This document shows, in pieces, positions 1 through 10,600 of a stretch of 53,487 nucleotides of DNA; the stretch's first letter is position 1; the number at the start of each line of letters is the position of its first letter. The stretch is from Armatimonadota bacterium. GTDB lineage: Bacteria > Armatimonadota > Armatimonadia > Armatimonadales > Armatimonadaceae. The notes under the pieces are model-generated. The model was not told the origin of the DNA. It saw nothing but the letters and a program-made list of their open reading frames with translations, and made no database searches. Location: NCBI GenBank assembly GCA_043754515.1, contig JAYUUO010000051.1, forward strand, positions 1 through 53,487, written 5' to 3'. The position numbers were made by a program, and so were the translations under genes.

Positions 1-653
1 TTCGGCGCGTCGGCGTTCGCGCCGAGGGCTTTGCCGTAGCCTCCGTACACCGACATCAGCACGAAGAACGGCACGGCGATCGCGAACGCCTTCGCCCAGT
101 ACTGAAACGCCTGCACGAGCGTGATGCCCTTCATGCCGCCGAGCGCGACGTTGAACGTGATCACGGAGCCGACGATCAGGATGCCGACGTAGTAGGGCCA
201 GCCCATGATCGTGGACATAGTCAGTCCGGCCCCTTTCATCTGCGGCATGGTGTAGAAGAAGCCGATACACAGCACGAACAGCACGGCGATCTTGCGGAAC
301 ATGGGCGAGTCGAACCGCCCCTCGGCGAAGTCGGGGATTGTGTACGCGCCGAAGCGACGCAGGGGACCCGCGATGAACAGGAGCAGGAACAGGTATCCCG
401 CCGCATAACCCACCGGGTACCAGAGCGCGTCATAACCGTTCTTCATCACGAGGCCCGCGATGCCCAGAAACGACGCGGCGGACAGGTACTCGCCCGAAAT
501 CGCGGCGGCGTTCAGCGCGACCCCGACCGACCGACCGGCGACGAAGAAGTCGGACGCCGACTTAGACTGGCGCGTCGCATAAATGCCGAGCGCGACGGTG
601 AGGAGCGTGATCAGCACCACGGTAAAAAGGGGAATCAGGGTGATCGGGGTCAT
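1..653 (-). CDS. actP: Cation/acetate symporter ActP-like (sodium:solute symporter family), runs off the window edge
   Basis: Manual translation from ATG 653: MTPITLIPLF...SDFFVAGRSVGVALNAAAISGEYLSAASFLGIAG...RRFGAYTIPDFAEGRF...GGMKGITLVQAFQY, the SSF/ActP signature. Start overlaps the upstream DUF485 stop (ATGA). Confidence 0.85.
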   Translation of the reverse strand, partial: MTPITLIPLFTVVLITLLTVALGIYATRQSKSASDFFVAGRSVGVALNAAAISGEYLSAASFLGIAGLVMKNGYDALWYPVGYAAGYLFLLLFIAGPLRRFGAYTIPDFAEGRFDSPMFRKIAVLFVLCIGFFYTMPQMKGAGLTMSTIMGWPYYVGILIVGSVITFNVALGGMKGITLVQAFQYWAKAFAIAVPFFVLMSVYGGYGKALGANADAP

Positions 654-985
654 CGTACTACGTCTCCTTTCACCTTCGTGTACTCCGCGACCAGATCCGC
701 CTCAATGCGATCCGACGCGCGGATGAAATAGCCGGACAGCACCCACGTGAGCGGGTAGAACAGCACGCCCAGGAAGAGCCAGGTCAGCGTGAAGCCGCCG
801 ACGCGGGTCGCGGCCAACTCCGGCAGTAGCCAGTTGACGAGCGGCAGTCCAAAGATCAGGACGAGGAACACGGACGCGACGCGCAAACTGAGTGCCGCCT
901 GCCGCCCCATGACGGCGCGGATCAGGGCGGCTTGCGCGGTAGAGTTGTCGGGTGAAACGGGGCGTGGCACAGTCGGGTCCGGCAT
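650..985 (-). CDS. DUF485 family small membrane protein (ActP partner)
   Basis: Two TM helices, ATG 985 preceded by AAGGAG, usual position directly upstream of actP. Confidence 0.75.
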   Translation of the reverse strand: MPDPTVPRPVSPDNSTAQAALIRAVMGRQAALSLRVASVFLVLIFGLPLVNWLLPELAATRVGGFTLTWLFLGVLFYPLTWVLSGYFIRASDRIEADLVAEYTKVKGDVVR

Positions 986-1150
986 CGGCGGCTCCTTCCA
1001 AGGAACGAGTTTGGTGCGTTTGTATTCGCGATGGGGGACGATGATTCCTGCTTCTTGGCTCGGGCGTTCGGGTGGGCCGGTAGTCGCGTACCCGGGGGGG
1101 AGGCACGACAACCGGCCCGCGCCCCGAGGAGCGGGGTGCCCCCTGGATCA

Positions 1151-2137
1151 TTAGATCATCTCCGCCATCATCGCGTACCGCTCCAGGTCCGGGACCAGCG
1201 TCGCCGGTGCTTCACAGACTGAGCGGAACGCTTCCGTGGCGCGGCGGACGTAGGCATTCTCGTGCCGCCCCAACTCGTAGAGTGCGCGGCCCTTCGCCAG
1301 CGTTTCGGCGAAGTCCTCGCGTTGCCACAGAATATTTTCGCCATTGTCCAGTCGGTTCCAGAGGTCGGGTGCCTGGGCGAGGATCAGGAGCGCGGTGTAG
1401 ACGGCCACGGCGGAGAAGCGGTCGAGGCGCGGCCCGAAGTCACCCGGCGCGCGAAGCGGGTGCTGGTACGCCGGGTGTCCCGCCTCGACCCCGACTCGCC
1501 CCGCGAGCGCGGGAACCCACGCCCCGTCGTAGTCGAGCAGGTGCAATACCGGGGCTTTACCGCCCCTGCCGAGGCGCACCATGACATTGCCGTGTTGCAG
1601 ATCGCCGTGCGCGAACCGCTCCCGCTCCGTCTCCATGATCAGTTTGCGCCACGCGTCCCGCAAGCGGCGCACCGCCGCCGGGTCGCTCGCGATCTCCCCG
1701 ATGTAGACGTTGAGCGGGGTCGCCTCCTGGAGCCACGGCATCTGTAGCACCGGGAACCAGTTGGTACCGATATGAATCCCCTGCTCGTGGTAGGCAAATG
1801 GCACCAACCAGGACGGGGCGGGGGACAGGCGCAACAGGTGCGTTTGCAGGGCACTGTAATGCACCGCGCGACTCGAAAGGTGGCGCAAAAATAGTTTCAC
1901 GCCCCACGTCCTGCCGTCATCCGAGCGCATCCGGTAGACGTTCGCGAACTGCCCCGATATGGGAGCGGGCAACCCGAACGGCGCGAAGTCGAGCGGGGTA
2001 CAGGTACGCAGGATTGGATCTGCGAAGCAGGAAGCGGGATGTTGCAAGGCGTCCTGGTAGGCGACCTGCGACGGCCAACGGGGGATGTGAGTGCCGGGAT
2101 TCGGCGGCGTTGGCGTTATTTGCGTTGCGTTCGGCAT
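1151..2137 (-). CDS. Ser/Thr protein kinase-like protein (YegI/TerY-P triad kinase)
   Basis: Gly-loop-like SGQFANVY, VKLF lysine, catalytic HGDLQHGN, DYDG (DFG equivalent), GHPAYQHP. Third gene of a vWA-PP2C-kinase operon. Confidence 0.85.
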   Translation of the reverse strand: MPNATQITPTPPNPGTHIPRWPSQVAYQDALQHPASCFADPILRTCTPLDFAPFGLPAPISGQFANVYRMRSDDGRTWGVKLFLRHLSSRAVHYSALQTHLLRLSPAPSWLVPFAYHEQGIHIGTNWFPVLQMPWLQEATPLNVYIGEIASDPAAVRRLRDAWRKLIMETERERFAHGDLQHGNVMVRLGRGGKAPVLHLLDYDGAWVPALAGRVGVEAGHPAYQHPLRAPGDFGPRLDRFSAVAVYTALLILAQAPDLWNRLDNGENILWQREDFAETLAKGRALYELGRHENAYVRRATEAFRSVCEAPATLVPDLERYAMMAEMI

Positions 2138-2237
2138 GACTTTTGTTGACCCTCCTTCAAGAGGCGATTGATTCGTGAGAGGCGATTGTTCGTGATCCGC
2201 TGCCTATGACAACCGACAGACAGCCCGCCGACCGGCC

Positions 2238-3002
2238 TCACTCCCCGACCCGCACCCGAGCCACGGTCACATCGTCGTCCGTTAGCCGCTTCGTATCGCG
2301 CAGGTCGCGCACCGTCGCGGACAGCAATCGGTCGCCGTCCGGCAGGTCGAGCGGGTCGAACCAACGCCATGGCGTGCGTCGCGCCTCGATCTCCCCGAGG
2401 AACCACGCCGCGAGCGCGTCCGACATCAGATACAGCACGTCGCCCGCCGTCACCACGCCCTCATGCGTCATGACGTGCCGAGGCAGGTTTACGTGCTTTG
2501 CCGCCTGCGTAGGCACCAGAATAGGTGCCCCCCCGAAGTCACCGGATCTCTCGTACGGGAACGCGGCGACCAGGGCATAGTTTTTCGCGTCCGCCGGGCG
2601 CGGGCGCAACTGGAACAGCGCGCAGTCCCCGACCGCGAGCGCGTGAAAACTGCCGGATTCCGGCGACACGCGCACGCCGAGTAGCGCGGCGTGCGAACCA
2701 TCCCGCCGCACCTTCTCCAGCGCGTACCATGGGAGCGGTTCGGACTGCGCCTTTTTTGCCCAGTCGCGCCCGAGGAACGCGAGGCGCGCCGTGATCGTCT
2801 CCATCGTCATACGACCACTCGCGAAGTCCGCCGTCAGCAGTTGCGCCCACAGCGCGGAAAAGGTAGAGCCGGTCGCGCCGTCCGCGATCGCTATGCGGAA
2901 CGGGGCACCGTCTATAGCCTCGCCGACCGCGTAGCAGTCCTCGTATTCGGCGGGCGAGTAGCCACTCTTCGGTGTCCACCACGCTTTGACGGAGAACGTC
3001 AC
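2238..3002 (-). CDS. PP2C-like protein phosphatase (YegK-type)
   Basis: Motifs ED, AIADGA, VGDC, LMSDAL, DDDVT. GTG start abuts the vWA stop. Confidence 0.85.
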   Translation of the reverse strand: MTFSVKAWWTPKSGYSPAEYEDCYAVGEAIDGAPFRIAIADGATGSTFSALWAQLLTADFASGRMTMETITARLAFLGRDWAKKAQSEPLPWYALEKVRRDGSHAALLGVRVSPESGSFHALAVGDCALFQLRPRPADAKNYALVAAFPYERSGDFGGAPILVPTQAAKHVNLPRHVMTHEGVVTAGDVLYLMSDALAAWFLGEIEARRTPWRWFDPLDLPDGDRLLSATVRDLRDTKRLTDDDVTVARVRVGE

Positions 3003-3896
3003 TTACCACATCGCCCCGGGGCGCGTCCCGATCTCCAGCGACAGCACCAGGAGCGATGGGTCGGCGTTCAACACAAAGGCGCGGGCGCGATCCGTGAGCA
3101 TCAGGCCGCTTTCCCACGCCACGTTGCGCATGAACGGGGTTAGATAAGACGAGTGCTCCCAGAGCAGTTTTGCGTACGGGTCGGTGCGCCCGCCCACCTT
3201 CGGGAGCGATTCCACGGCGTCGGGGAAGCGGAGCGGCTCGGCCTGTCGGCGGCTCGAAAGGTGGACATTGAACAGCGTCACGCGCCCATTGTGGTTGCCA
3301 AGCCCGGCAAGCGCGGCGAGGTAGGGCGCGGGGTCGCCGTCGGTCGCCTCGCCGTCGGTGATATGCACGATAACCGGGGGGAACGCCGTCGCGCCACGGA
3401 ACAGCCACTCCGAAAGCACCTGATACCCGTAGCGGAGCGCGGTACACATAAGGGTCGAGCCTTCTGCGGTCGGCTGCACCCAGATTGGGAGCTTGGTGAT
3501 GCGTGGCACCTGGACGTTGAACCCGAACCCGTCGTTCACCATGTCCACTTTATCTACCATGCCCGCGTAGTTGTTAGCGACATCGCGGATGGAGACGATC
3601 TCGCGACCGGCGAGCGCGCCGCCCCAGGCGGGTTGCACGGTCTTCCCATACCCGATCACGCAGACGTCGAAGTAGTTACGGATACCGTCCGACTTAGAGC
3701 AGGTGATGACCAGATTGCGGATTATGTTATTGAGCGCGAGCGCGACGGCTTCGGCCTTGGATTGCGGGTTGGCGCGGTCCTCGCCGTACGACTCCGCCAT
3801 CGAAGACGATTGATCCACGATAAACAGGAAGCAGGATGGGTTGTCGCGCGTGATGCCGGAGGAGGCGTAAGCAGCGGTCGGGTTGTAGGCGGGCAT
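3003..3896 (-). CDS. vWA domain protein (TerY/YegL-like)
   Basis: MIDAS motif DQSSSM, GST.M and ITDGE; AAGGAG RBS upstream. Confidence 0.85.
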   Translation of the reverse strand: MPAYNPTAAYASSGITRDNPSCFLFIVDQSSSMAESYGEDRANPQSKAEAVALALNNIIRNLVITCSKSDGIRNYFDVCVIGYGKTVQPAWGGALAGREIVSIRDVANNYAGMVDKVDMVNDGFGFNVQVPRITKLPIWVQPTAEGSTLMCTALRYGYQVLSEWLFRGATAFPPVIVHITDGEATDGDPAPYLAALAGLGNHNGRVTLFNVHLSSRRQAEPLRFPDAVESLPKVGGRTDPYAKLLWEHSSYLTPFMRNVAWESGLMLTDRARAFVLNADPSLLVLSLEIGTRPGAMW

Positions 3897-4041
3897 CGGC
3901 GTCGGCTCCTTCGTGGGATCATTTCTGGGGATGTGTACAGGCGATTATACCGCGTCAAGGCACTTTGTTCGAGGGCGACAGTAAACCCCGGCGCGCGAAG
4001 CGGCTATCTATAACGGTCATGTTCCCGAACCGGTTACGGCT

Positions 4042-4107
4042 CTTAACGAAAATATAATCTCCGCTTAATAATCCCTTAACATACCCTGGGAAAGTTTATG
4101 GTATCCT
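4042..4107 (+). promoter_or_regulatory. Promoter with 11-bp-period CTTAAC direct repeats (PhoB/OmpR-type box) and an extended -10
   Basis: Units at 4042 cttaacgaaaa, 4053 tataatctccg, 4064 cttaataatcc and 4075 cttaacatacc; TG-G-TATCCT at 4099-4107. Confidence 0.65.
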
Positions 4108-4185
4108 GGATCTGTCTCCCATCCTTTCGTTTAGGGGCGCGGGGACGGCTCTCACTTCTCACTCAGACAGTAAGGAACCCGAAAA

Positions 4186-5196
4186 GTGTCTACCGAAACA
4201 ACCCTCCCAGCCGTGCGCAACGGCTACTCGAACGTGCGCCGCGCGTTCACTCTCATCGAGTTACTTGTCGTCATAGCGATAATTGCCATCCTCGCCGCGA
4301 TCCTTTTTCCCGTGTTCGCCCAGGTTCGCGAGAAGGGCCGTCAGACCGCGTGCCTTTCTAACATGAAGCAACTCGGCCTCGCCATGGTGCAGTACACCAT
4401 TGACTACGACGAATCTTATCCCCGCCAGGACGATTGTATCAACGGCGGCACCAAAGCACCGGATGGTGCTCCCGCGACTGCGTTTGGTTGCACCGGCACT
4501 CCCGGTTATGGTGACCGCATAAACCACTACAAGTGGTGGTACTGGCTGTATCCGTACACCAGAAATACACAAATTCTGTTCTGCCCGAGCAGACCTATCA
4601 CCGACGCGCCGAAGGCTATCCAGGACGCCTGGAATCTTTCTGCTGAAAACGACTACGGTTACGCGCTGAACGCGTCCCTCACGGGCGAATTAAACACCTG
4701 GAACAAGCCCCTGCCGCTCGTCGCTCCCGGGGCAATCCGCGACTCCTTCAGCGGCGGTACCGAGGCTGGAATTCGTTCTACTGCCAGCACCATGTTACTT
4801 ATGGAACGTACCGGCGTGGCACTGGCCCCGATCGCTCAGCAGGGCGCGGGTGTGCAGACGACGATATGGCCTGTGATCGGTCAGGAGTATTGGGGGCGGG
4901 TCTTCGCTAGGAACAACGCGAGCACCGCGATCAACACCGCGGCTATGAACGCGGCGGGAATTGACAAGGGAGCGGCCCCGCATAACGAAGGGATGAACAT
5001 CGCCTACTGTGACGGTCATGCGAAATGGCTCAAGGTGCAACAGTTTATGGACAACTGCGCCCCCGTCGTTGCCAATGACATCATCAACGCCACGACCTGT
5101 GGTCCGACCGGGGCGACCTGTAGCGGCACCTTCGCGAACCCGGTTCTCTCCAAGCTGGACAAAGACTACCCGTTCTGGAACGTCTACAAGCCCTAG
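4186..5196 (+). CDS. Prepilin-type N-methylation / DUF1559 protein with H-X9-DG motif (copy 1)
   Basis: [52 protein letters not shown]. Confidence 0.9.
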   Translation: MSTETTLPAVRNGYSNVRRAFTLIELLVVIAIIAILAAILFPVFAQVREKGRQTACLSNMKQLGLAMVQYTIDYDESYPRQDDCINGGTKAPDGAPATAFGCTGTPGYGDRINHYKWWYWLYPYTRNTQILFCPSRPITDAPKAIQDAWNLSAENDYGYALNASLTGELNTWNKPLPLVAPGAIRDSFSGGTEAGIRSTASTMLLMERTGVALAPIAQQGAGVQTTIWPVIGQEYWGRVFARNNASTAINTAAMNAAGIDKGAAPHNEGMNIAYCDGHAKWLKVQQFMDNCAPVVANDIINATTCGPTGATCSGTFANPVLSKLDKDYPFWNVYKP

Positions 5197-5220
5197 CCTG
5201 AATGTGGGCTAGAACAGAGA

Positions 5221-5252
5221 CGAGGCCGCCAGCAAGTTACCCGGCGGCCTCG
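5221..5252 (+). terminator. GC-rich stem-loop after DUF1559 copy 1
   Basis: cgaggccgcc...ggcggcctcg 10-bp inverted repeat; no U-tract. Confidence 0.45.
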
Positions 5253-5274
5253 CCGATGTGTATAATCTCCATGA

Positions 5275-5546
5275 TGGCGCGAACTATCCGACTACCACAC
5301 CGGAATGTCGGACTTCCTATTCCTTGACATGGCCGTCAAGGCAATGAAGCCGGGCCGGACGTGGACTCGGGCTACCGCCGCGATTGTTCAGGCGAATCCT
5401 CCCTCGGTAAGCGGCGCGGCTACGCCGATCGGATCGGGGATGGGATCAACGGCGTAGACTGGTACACCTACAAGTTGAACTAGGGCACGGGATCCGTGGA
5501 CTTATGGAACGCTTGGTATCGCGGCACGCCGATCCTGTTTCCCTAG
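5275..5546 (+). pseudogene. Orphan, decayed C-terminal fragment of a DUF1559/H-X9-DG gene
   Basis: Manual translation gives YHTGMSDFLFLDMAVKAMKPGRTW (H 5296, D 5326, i.e. H-X9-D). A shifted frame continues ...DWYTYKLN*GTGSVDLWNAWYRGTPILFP*, followed by a hairpin at about 5578-5610. Confidence 0.5.
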
Positions 5547-5716
5547 GTTGAAGATACTACCTTACATAGTGAGAATGGCGCGGCGCGCTGGGTTTCCATC
5601 TCGCCGCGCTTCGTCGTTTCATGGCTCGATTTGGTGCGACGTTATATATGTTGTGATGGAGAAACGTGCAAGAATAGGAAGGGCGGGCCTATACGTATCA
5701 CATGTTTCTACTAAGA

Positions 5717-5771
5717 CTTAATATTCCCTTAACATTCCCTTAACAAAGACGCCATCGGGGTGTGGTACTCT
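5717..5771 (+). promoter_or_regulatory. Second promoter with 11-bp-period CTTAAC repeats and an extended -10
   Basis: Units at 5717 cttaatattcc, 5728 cttaacattcc and 5739 cttaacaaaga; TG-G-TACTCT at 5763-5771, same spacing as the copy at 4042-4107. Confidence 0.7.
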
Positions 5772-5974
5772 GTCATGATTATCCTGGAGCGAAACACCGG
5801 GGTGACGACAGTACATCGCAGATAAACCCGAACGTGCCCGTCTTTCGATGGAAGTTACGCCTGTAATAAGCGCGTGATTGGGAAAACCCTGAGACTATCG
5901 AAACGTTCCCGATACTGGTAGCCGATACGGAAAATTGGAGAGGCGACCGGAACCGAAAACGAAGGAATCCGACC

Positions 5975-6913
5975 GTGTCTATTTATAACAACCGCCCCGC
6001 CAGCCGTGGCGGATCTTCAAACGCATTCACGCTGATCGAACTGCTCGTCGTTATAGCAATTATAGCCATCCTCGCCGCGATCCTTTTTCCCGTCTTTGCC
6101 CAGGCCCGCGCCAAAGCACGACAGGCCGCTTGCATCTCTAATATGAAGCAACTCGGCCTCGCTGTGGCGCAGTACACAATTGATTATGACGGAGTCATTG
6201 TGCCGGCGCAACTGGTATATGCCCCTTCCCCTGCTACCGCTCCGACCGTCTCGTGGCCAACCCTGATCTATCCGTATGTGAAGAGCGCGGGCGTCTTCTT
6301 CTGTCCCAGCGCGGATGAAGGCCTGTTCAAGCCCGACGTTAGTAAGATCGCGGTGTCAGCTCGTCTTTACACAGGAGTAGCTGACCCAACGCAGGGATCC
6401 CCCAAAGGCACGACTAACGCGGGCGACGGCTCTTCCATGGCACTGTCACTCGTTCCACGCCTCTCTTATGGTCGCAACGTGATCCCCACCCAGAGCGTGG
6501 GGACGCCGCCGTGGGGTGCGGTCACCAGCGGTCGCGCGACGAATCAGAACCAGCAATACTCGGCAGCATTCATCGCGAAGCCCAAGTCGGGATTCGTGAG
6601 TACCACCACAAGCACGGAGGTCACCGATGCGGACGTCAAGGAGCCAGCTGGTACGATCCACTTCGTGGACGCGATGACGGGTGCCGTGCCCTCCGCCAGT
6701 GAGTTCGGCGATCCACGAAACAACGGGAACTCTATCCGTGGCATTCAACAGGACATACGCACTGATATGTACAACAACGCCACTGCTAGCAAAGTAGCCT
6801 ACCGCCACACTGACGGCTTCGTTATCCTTTACGGGGACGGGCACTCCGGTTGGAAGAGATGGGGTTCGACAACGCCCTGCCAGTGGACAATTCAGGAAGA
6901 TACCTGCCCTTAG
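5975..6913 (+). CDS. Prepilin-type N-methylation / DUF1559 protein (copy 2)
   Basis: [12 protein letters not shown]..., [25 protein letters not shown]. Confidence 0.9.
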   Translation: MSIYNNRPASRGGSSNAFTLIELLVVIAIIAILAAILFPVFAQARAKARQAACISNMKQLGLAVAQYTIDYDGVIVPAQLVYAPSPATAPTVSWPTLIYPYVKSAGVFFCPSADEGLFKPDVSKIAVSARLYTGVADPTQGSPKGTTNAGDGSSMALSLVPRLSYGRNVIPTQSVGTPPWGAVTSGRATNQNQQYSAAFIAKPKSGFVSTTTSTEVTDADVKEPAGTIHFVDAMTGAVPSASEFGDPRNNGNSIRGIQQDIRTDMYNNATASKVAYRHTDGFVILYGDGHSGWKRWGSTTPCQWTIQEDTCP

Positions 6914-6932
6914 TCAGCGGGTACCCCAATGG

Positions 6933-6972
6933 CGGGCACGACACCGGAAACGGTTTCGTGCCCGTTTTTTTG
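6933..6972 (+). terminator. Intrinsic terminator
   Basis: cgggcacga...tcgtgcccg stem followed by a T8 tract. Confidence 0.8.
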
Positions 6973-7105
6973 TGCGGATCACACCCGGTAACTATCACAT
7001 TCTCCGGATGCCTTCGTAACACGCTGTCAACGATTCGTCTGTTATACTACCCCTGCGAGCGTTTGGTCTGAAGACGAACGTGGTGCATAGAAAGTATGTA
7101 TTACA

Positions 7106-7513
7106 ATGGCTGATATCGTAGATGTTGCGGTTGGTAACGGATCGTTTGGAACCCTGGTCGCGGCAGTGACCGCAGCAGGACTCGTGGAAACCCTCAAAGG
7201 GGCTGGTCCCTTCACCGTGTTCGCCCCGACCGACGCGGCGTTCGCGGCACTCCCGGCGGGCACCGTGGAAGACCTGCTGAAGCCGGAGAACAAGGCGAAG
7301 TTGACGGCGATTTTGACTTACCACGTCGTCGCCGGCAAGGTGATGGCGGCGGATGTCGTCAAGCTAACCAGCGCGAAGACCGTTAACGGCCAGGACGTTA
7401 AGGTAAACGCGACGAACGGCGTGAAGATCAACAACGCGACCGTGGTGATCGCGGACGTCCCGGCGGACAACGGCGTTATTCACGCCATTGACGCCGTGTT
7501 GCTCCCGGCGTAG
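7106..7513 (+). CDS. Fasciclin (FAS1) domain protein
   Basis: FAS1 motifs [27 protein letters not shown]. Confidence 0.92.
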   Translation: MADIVDVAVGNGSFGTLVAAVTAAGLVETLKGAGPFTVFAPTDAAFAALPAGTVEDLLKPENKAKLTAILTYHVVAGKVMAADVVKLTSAKTVNGQDVKVNATNGVKINNATVVIADVPADNGVIHAIDAVLLPA

Positions 7514-7528
7514 TCGTTCGCCTGGCTT

Positions 7529-7556
7529 GAACAGGCGGGCCATGGCCCGCCTGTTC
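7529..7556. terminator. Perfect 28-bp palindrome after the fasciclin gene
   Basis: gaacaggcgggcca|tggcccgcctgttc. Confidence 0.55.
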
Positions 7557-7681
7557 TGGTCCCCGGCAGACGTGCCTACTCCCGTCATGCAATGGCACCG
7601 CATTTAACAAACCGCGTGGTATCTCCGATAGTGCAAGGGTAAAATACCCGAACCGCACTGTATCGAAGGAAGACCACCCCT

Positions 7682-10600
7682 ATGTCCCCACGAGTCGCCG
7701 AACTACTAGCCCGCTTCGAGACCAGCACCCACCGCGAGCGTGTTCGCGAGATGATCGCCCTCGGTCAAGGTAGCACCACCGACCCGACCAACACTTCAAT
7801 ACTCGCCGAACTCGAAGGCGAGTCCTTTTACGAGCGGCTACTCGCGCTCTACGGGGCGCAGGGGGCACGCGACGGCGCGGCGGTGTTGCGCAACCTCGCC
7901 GGGGAGTCACACCTGCTCCGCAGGCTGGCGGCGATCCTGGTACCCATCGTCTGCACCGATGAACAGGCACTCGCCGCCCTCCGAAACGCGGCACGTCAGC
8001 CGCGACTCTCCCTCGCGCGTGACCTGCGGCAGGCGCGACGGCTCGCCGTGCTGGACGCCTTCGCCCGAGAACGAATGGAGGCGAGCGACACCGCGTGGGG
8101 CAAATGGCTCCCGTATTGCTCCGGCGAGTTCGCGCGCGAGTGGTTGCCGAAAGCCATCGAGCGGTTCGACGCGGACGATTGGCGGCGGCTCGCCCGCGCC
8201 CATCCGGACATCGTCGCCGAGTCACTTGATGCACTCCTGGACGCACAGACCGAACCCGACCGCCGCCTCCGGTGGCGGCTCAACGCCACGCTCCCGCCGC
8301 TATCCGAACTGCGCCCGGCGTCCGCGCTGGCACTCGTGATCAAGGCACTGCGGCACGAATCGCCGTCCGAAGTCCCGCTCGGTCACCTCGCGGAGTACCT
8401 GCCGAACGTGGTAGCCGACCTTTTGCTGGCGCACGAAGGCAGCTTCGCCGTGTCGCTAAGCGGGCAAGTTCGGCGACTCACGCCCGAGCGGTTCCTTGCC
8501 CTGCTGACGCAACGCCGGGAGTATCTGCCCGCCCCCACGTCGTACCTGCCACGCATCCCGACCGCGCTCCGCGTCGCCGCGTACGAGCAAGCAAACTTCG
8601 CATGGCGAGATAAAGACGGCGTGATCGCGGTCGCGGTGGTCGCGGCACTACCCGCCTCGATCCGCGAAACCGAGGCGCGGCGGCACCTCGCCCTGCCCGT
8701 CATGCAAACGCGCCCGCTGTCGCGAATACCCTACGCCGCGTTTCTGCCGCCGGACGAGGCGATAGCGGTGCTGAACCCGTACCTGAAAAACCCCGACGCC
8801 GACTTGCGTTCCGCCGCGCTTGCCGCCCGGATCGGCACCGCGCGCTACCACCGGGACACCCTGCCGGACGTCCTGCGTCTCGCCCTCGGCCGTAAGAACG
8901 AGCAAGACCCGGTGCGCGGCGTGCTACTACGCGCGCTTCGCGAACTGCCCCCGGCACGCTGGCAACCCGAACACCTCGACGATCTGGGGCAAGTCATCCA
9001 GGACGCGCTGGACGCCTCCGACCTATCCCACAAGACCGGGGGCGAAGCCGAGCATCTGGTGATCGCGCTGGTGCCGTTTCACCCGGAATGGGCGGCATTA
9101 TGGCTCGCCGTGCTGGTTACGGAGCGCGGGGCGGTGTCCCGATCAAAGATAGGGACTATACTCACCGATGTTGACGTGGCGCGTATCGCGCCCGCTCTGC
9201 TCCCGATATTGTCATCATGGGTTGTCCAGGAACGGGAAGTACATATAATATCCGCCGCAGGCGCGTTCTGGTCACGCCTCCGCGCTTTTACAGGAATTGC
9301 GCCGATTCTGGAATCCGTCGCTACCTCCACGAAGAGCCGACAAATGGCGCAAAGCATACTCTGTATGCTTCGGGAGCACTCGTCGGAGCGGTTCGCCGCG
9401 CTGGTACCGGGAATGATCAGTGCCGACCCGAGCATCGTCATATTATCCGTCGTCCACGAGTTCCTACACAGCCGCCGACAAGATCTGCTGACGCCGTTTC
9501 TAGGACAAAAGGCGTATGTAGGGCGGTTCAGCACTGGGCAGGCACGCTTCGTCCTCCCGTTCACATCGGGGTTCCACCGGTGGACGCGGACGCAACAGGA
9601 AACGTTCGCGCAGACCCTGATCCGCGTTTCTCGGGAAACCGACCGCGACACGCCCGCGCTCTCGACCGTGATCGTCCAACTCGCCGCTATGCCCGCCGTG
9701 AAACCGACACGCCTTATTGAACTGGCACAGACGGAGAATGACAAAGCGGCGACGCGCGACCTCGCGCTAAAGGTACTGGCTCGCCTCGACGCGGGGCAGG
9801 GCATCCCGACGCTCGTGGAGGCGTTAACCGACATCCGCGCCCGCGTCGCCATTTATGCCCTGCGCTCCGCCCTGCTTGAAATGCCTCCCTCTCTCGCGTT
9901 CGTACTCCTGCGCGGCGCACCGACCGACCAGGTGACTGTGGCGAAGGAGATACTGCGGCTCGTGGGCGAACTCGGCACGGCGGACGCGCTGCCGTACCTA
10001 CTCGAACAGGCAGCGAAGCCGCTCCACCGTGATATTCGCGTCGCGTTGCTCCGGGCGTTGTGGGATCATATCGAGTCGGATGATGCGGCTGCGGTGTTGC
10101 TCGCAGCGGCATCGGACACCGACCCGGCGGTGGCGTCGGGCGTAATCCGCATCCCGGCGGAACGGCTTATGGAACGTACCGCGGACACGCTCCGCGCGAT
10201 CTTGGCGACGTTGCTCACGCACCACGAGCCGACCGTTCGGGTTGAAACACTGAACCGGTGCGCGACGCTCCCTCTTTCCGACCCCCGGCGACAACTGCTC
10301 CCGCCGCTGTTAGATCGGGTCGCCTCGCCACTCCCGGACGAAGCGGGTGCCGCCGCGTCCGCTGTGTTCGCCACCTACGGCGAGCGGGACGCCGACGCCA
10401 TCGGCGCGGCGATAACGCGGACATTGCCCGACCGCGCCGTGCTGACCGCCGTGCTACGCGTGTTCGGGAGTCGCCTGAACAGCAGCCGGGGGCGGCTCCG
10501 CGAAACCACCCGCGCGGTGCTGAACGCGCTGTCCGCCGACCCGCTCACGGCGCGATTGCGGGCGGAGATCGCGCTCGCGGGTCTAGCCGTCGCGGACGCG

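Noticed and set aside
2539..4013. Alternative long ORFs overlapping the vWA/PP2C genes
   Set aside because: High-GC shadow frames with no recognisable domains.
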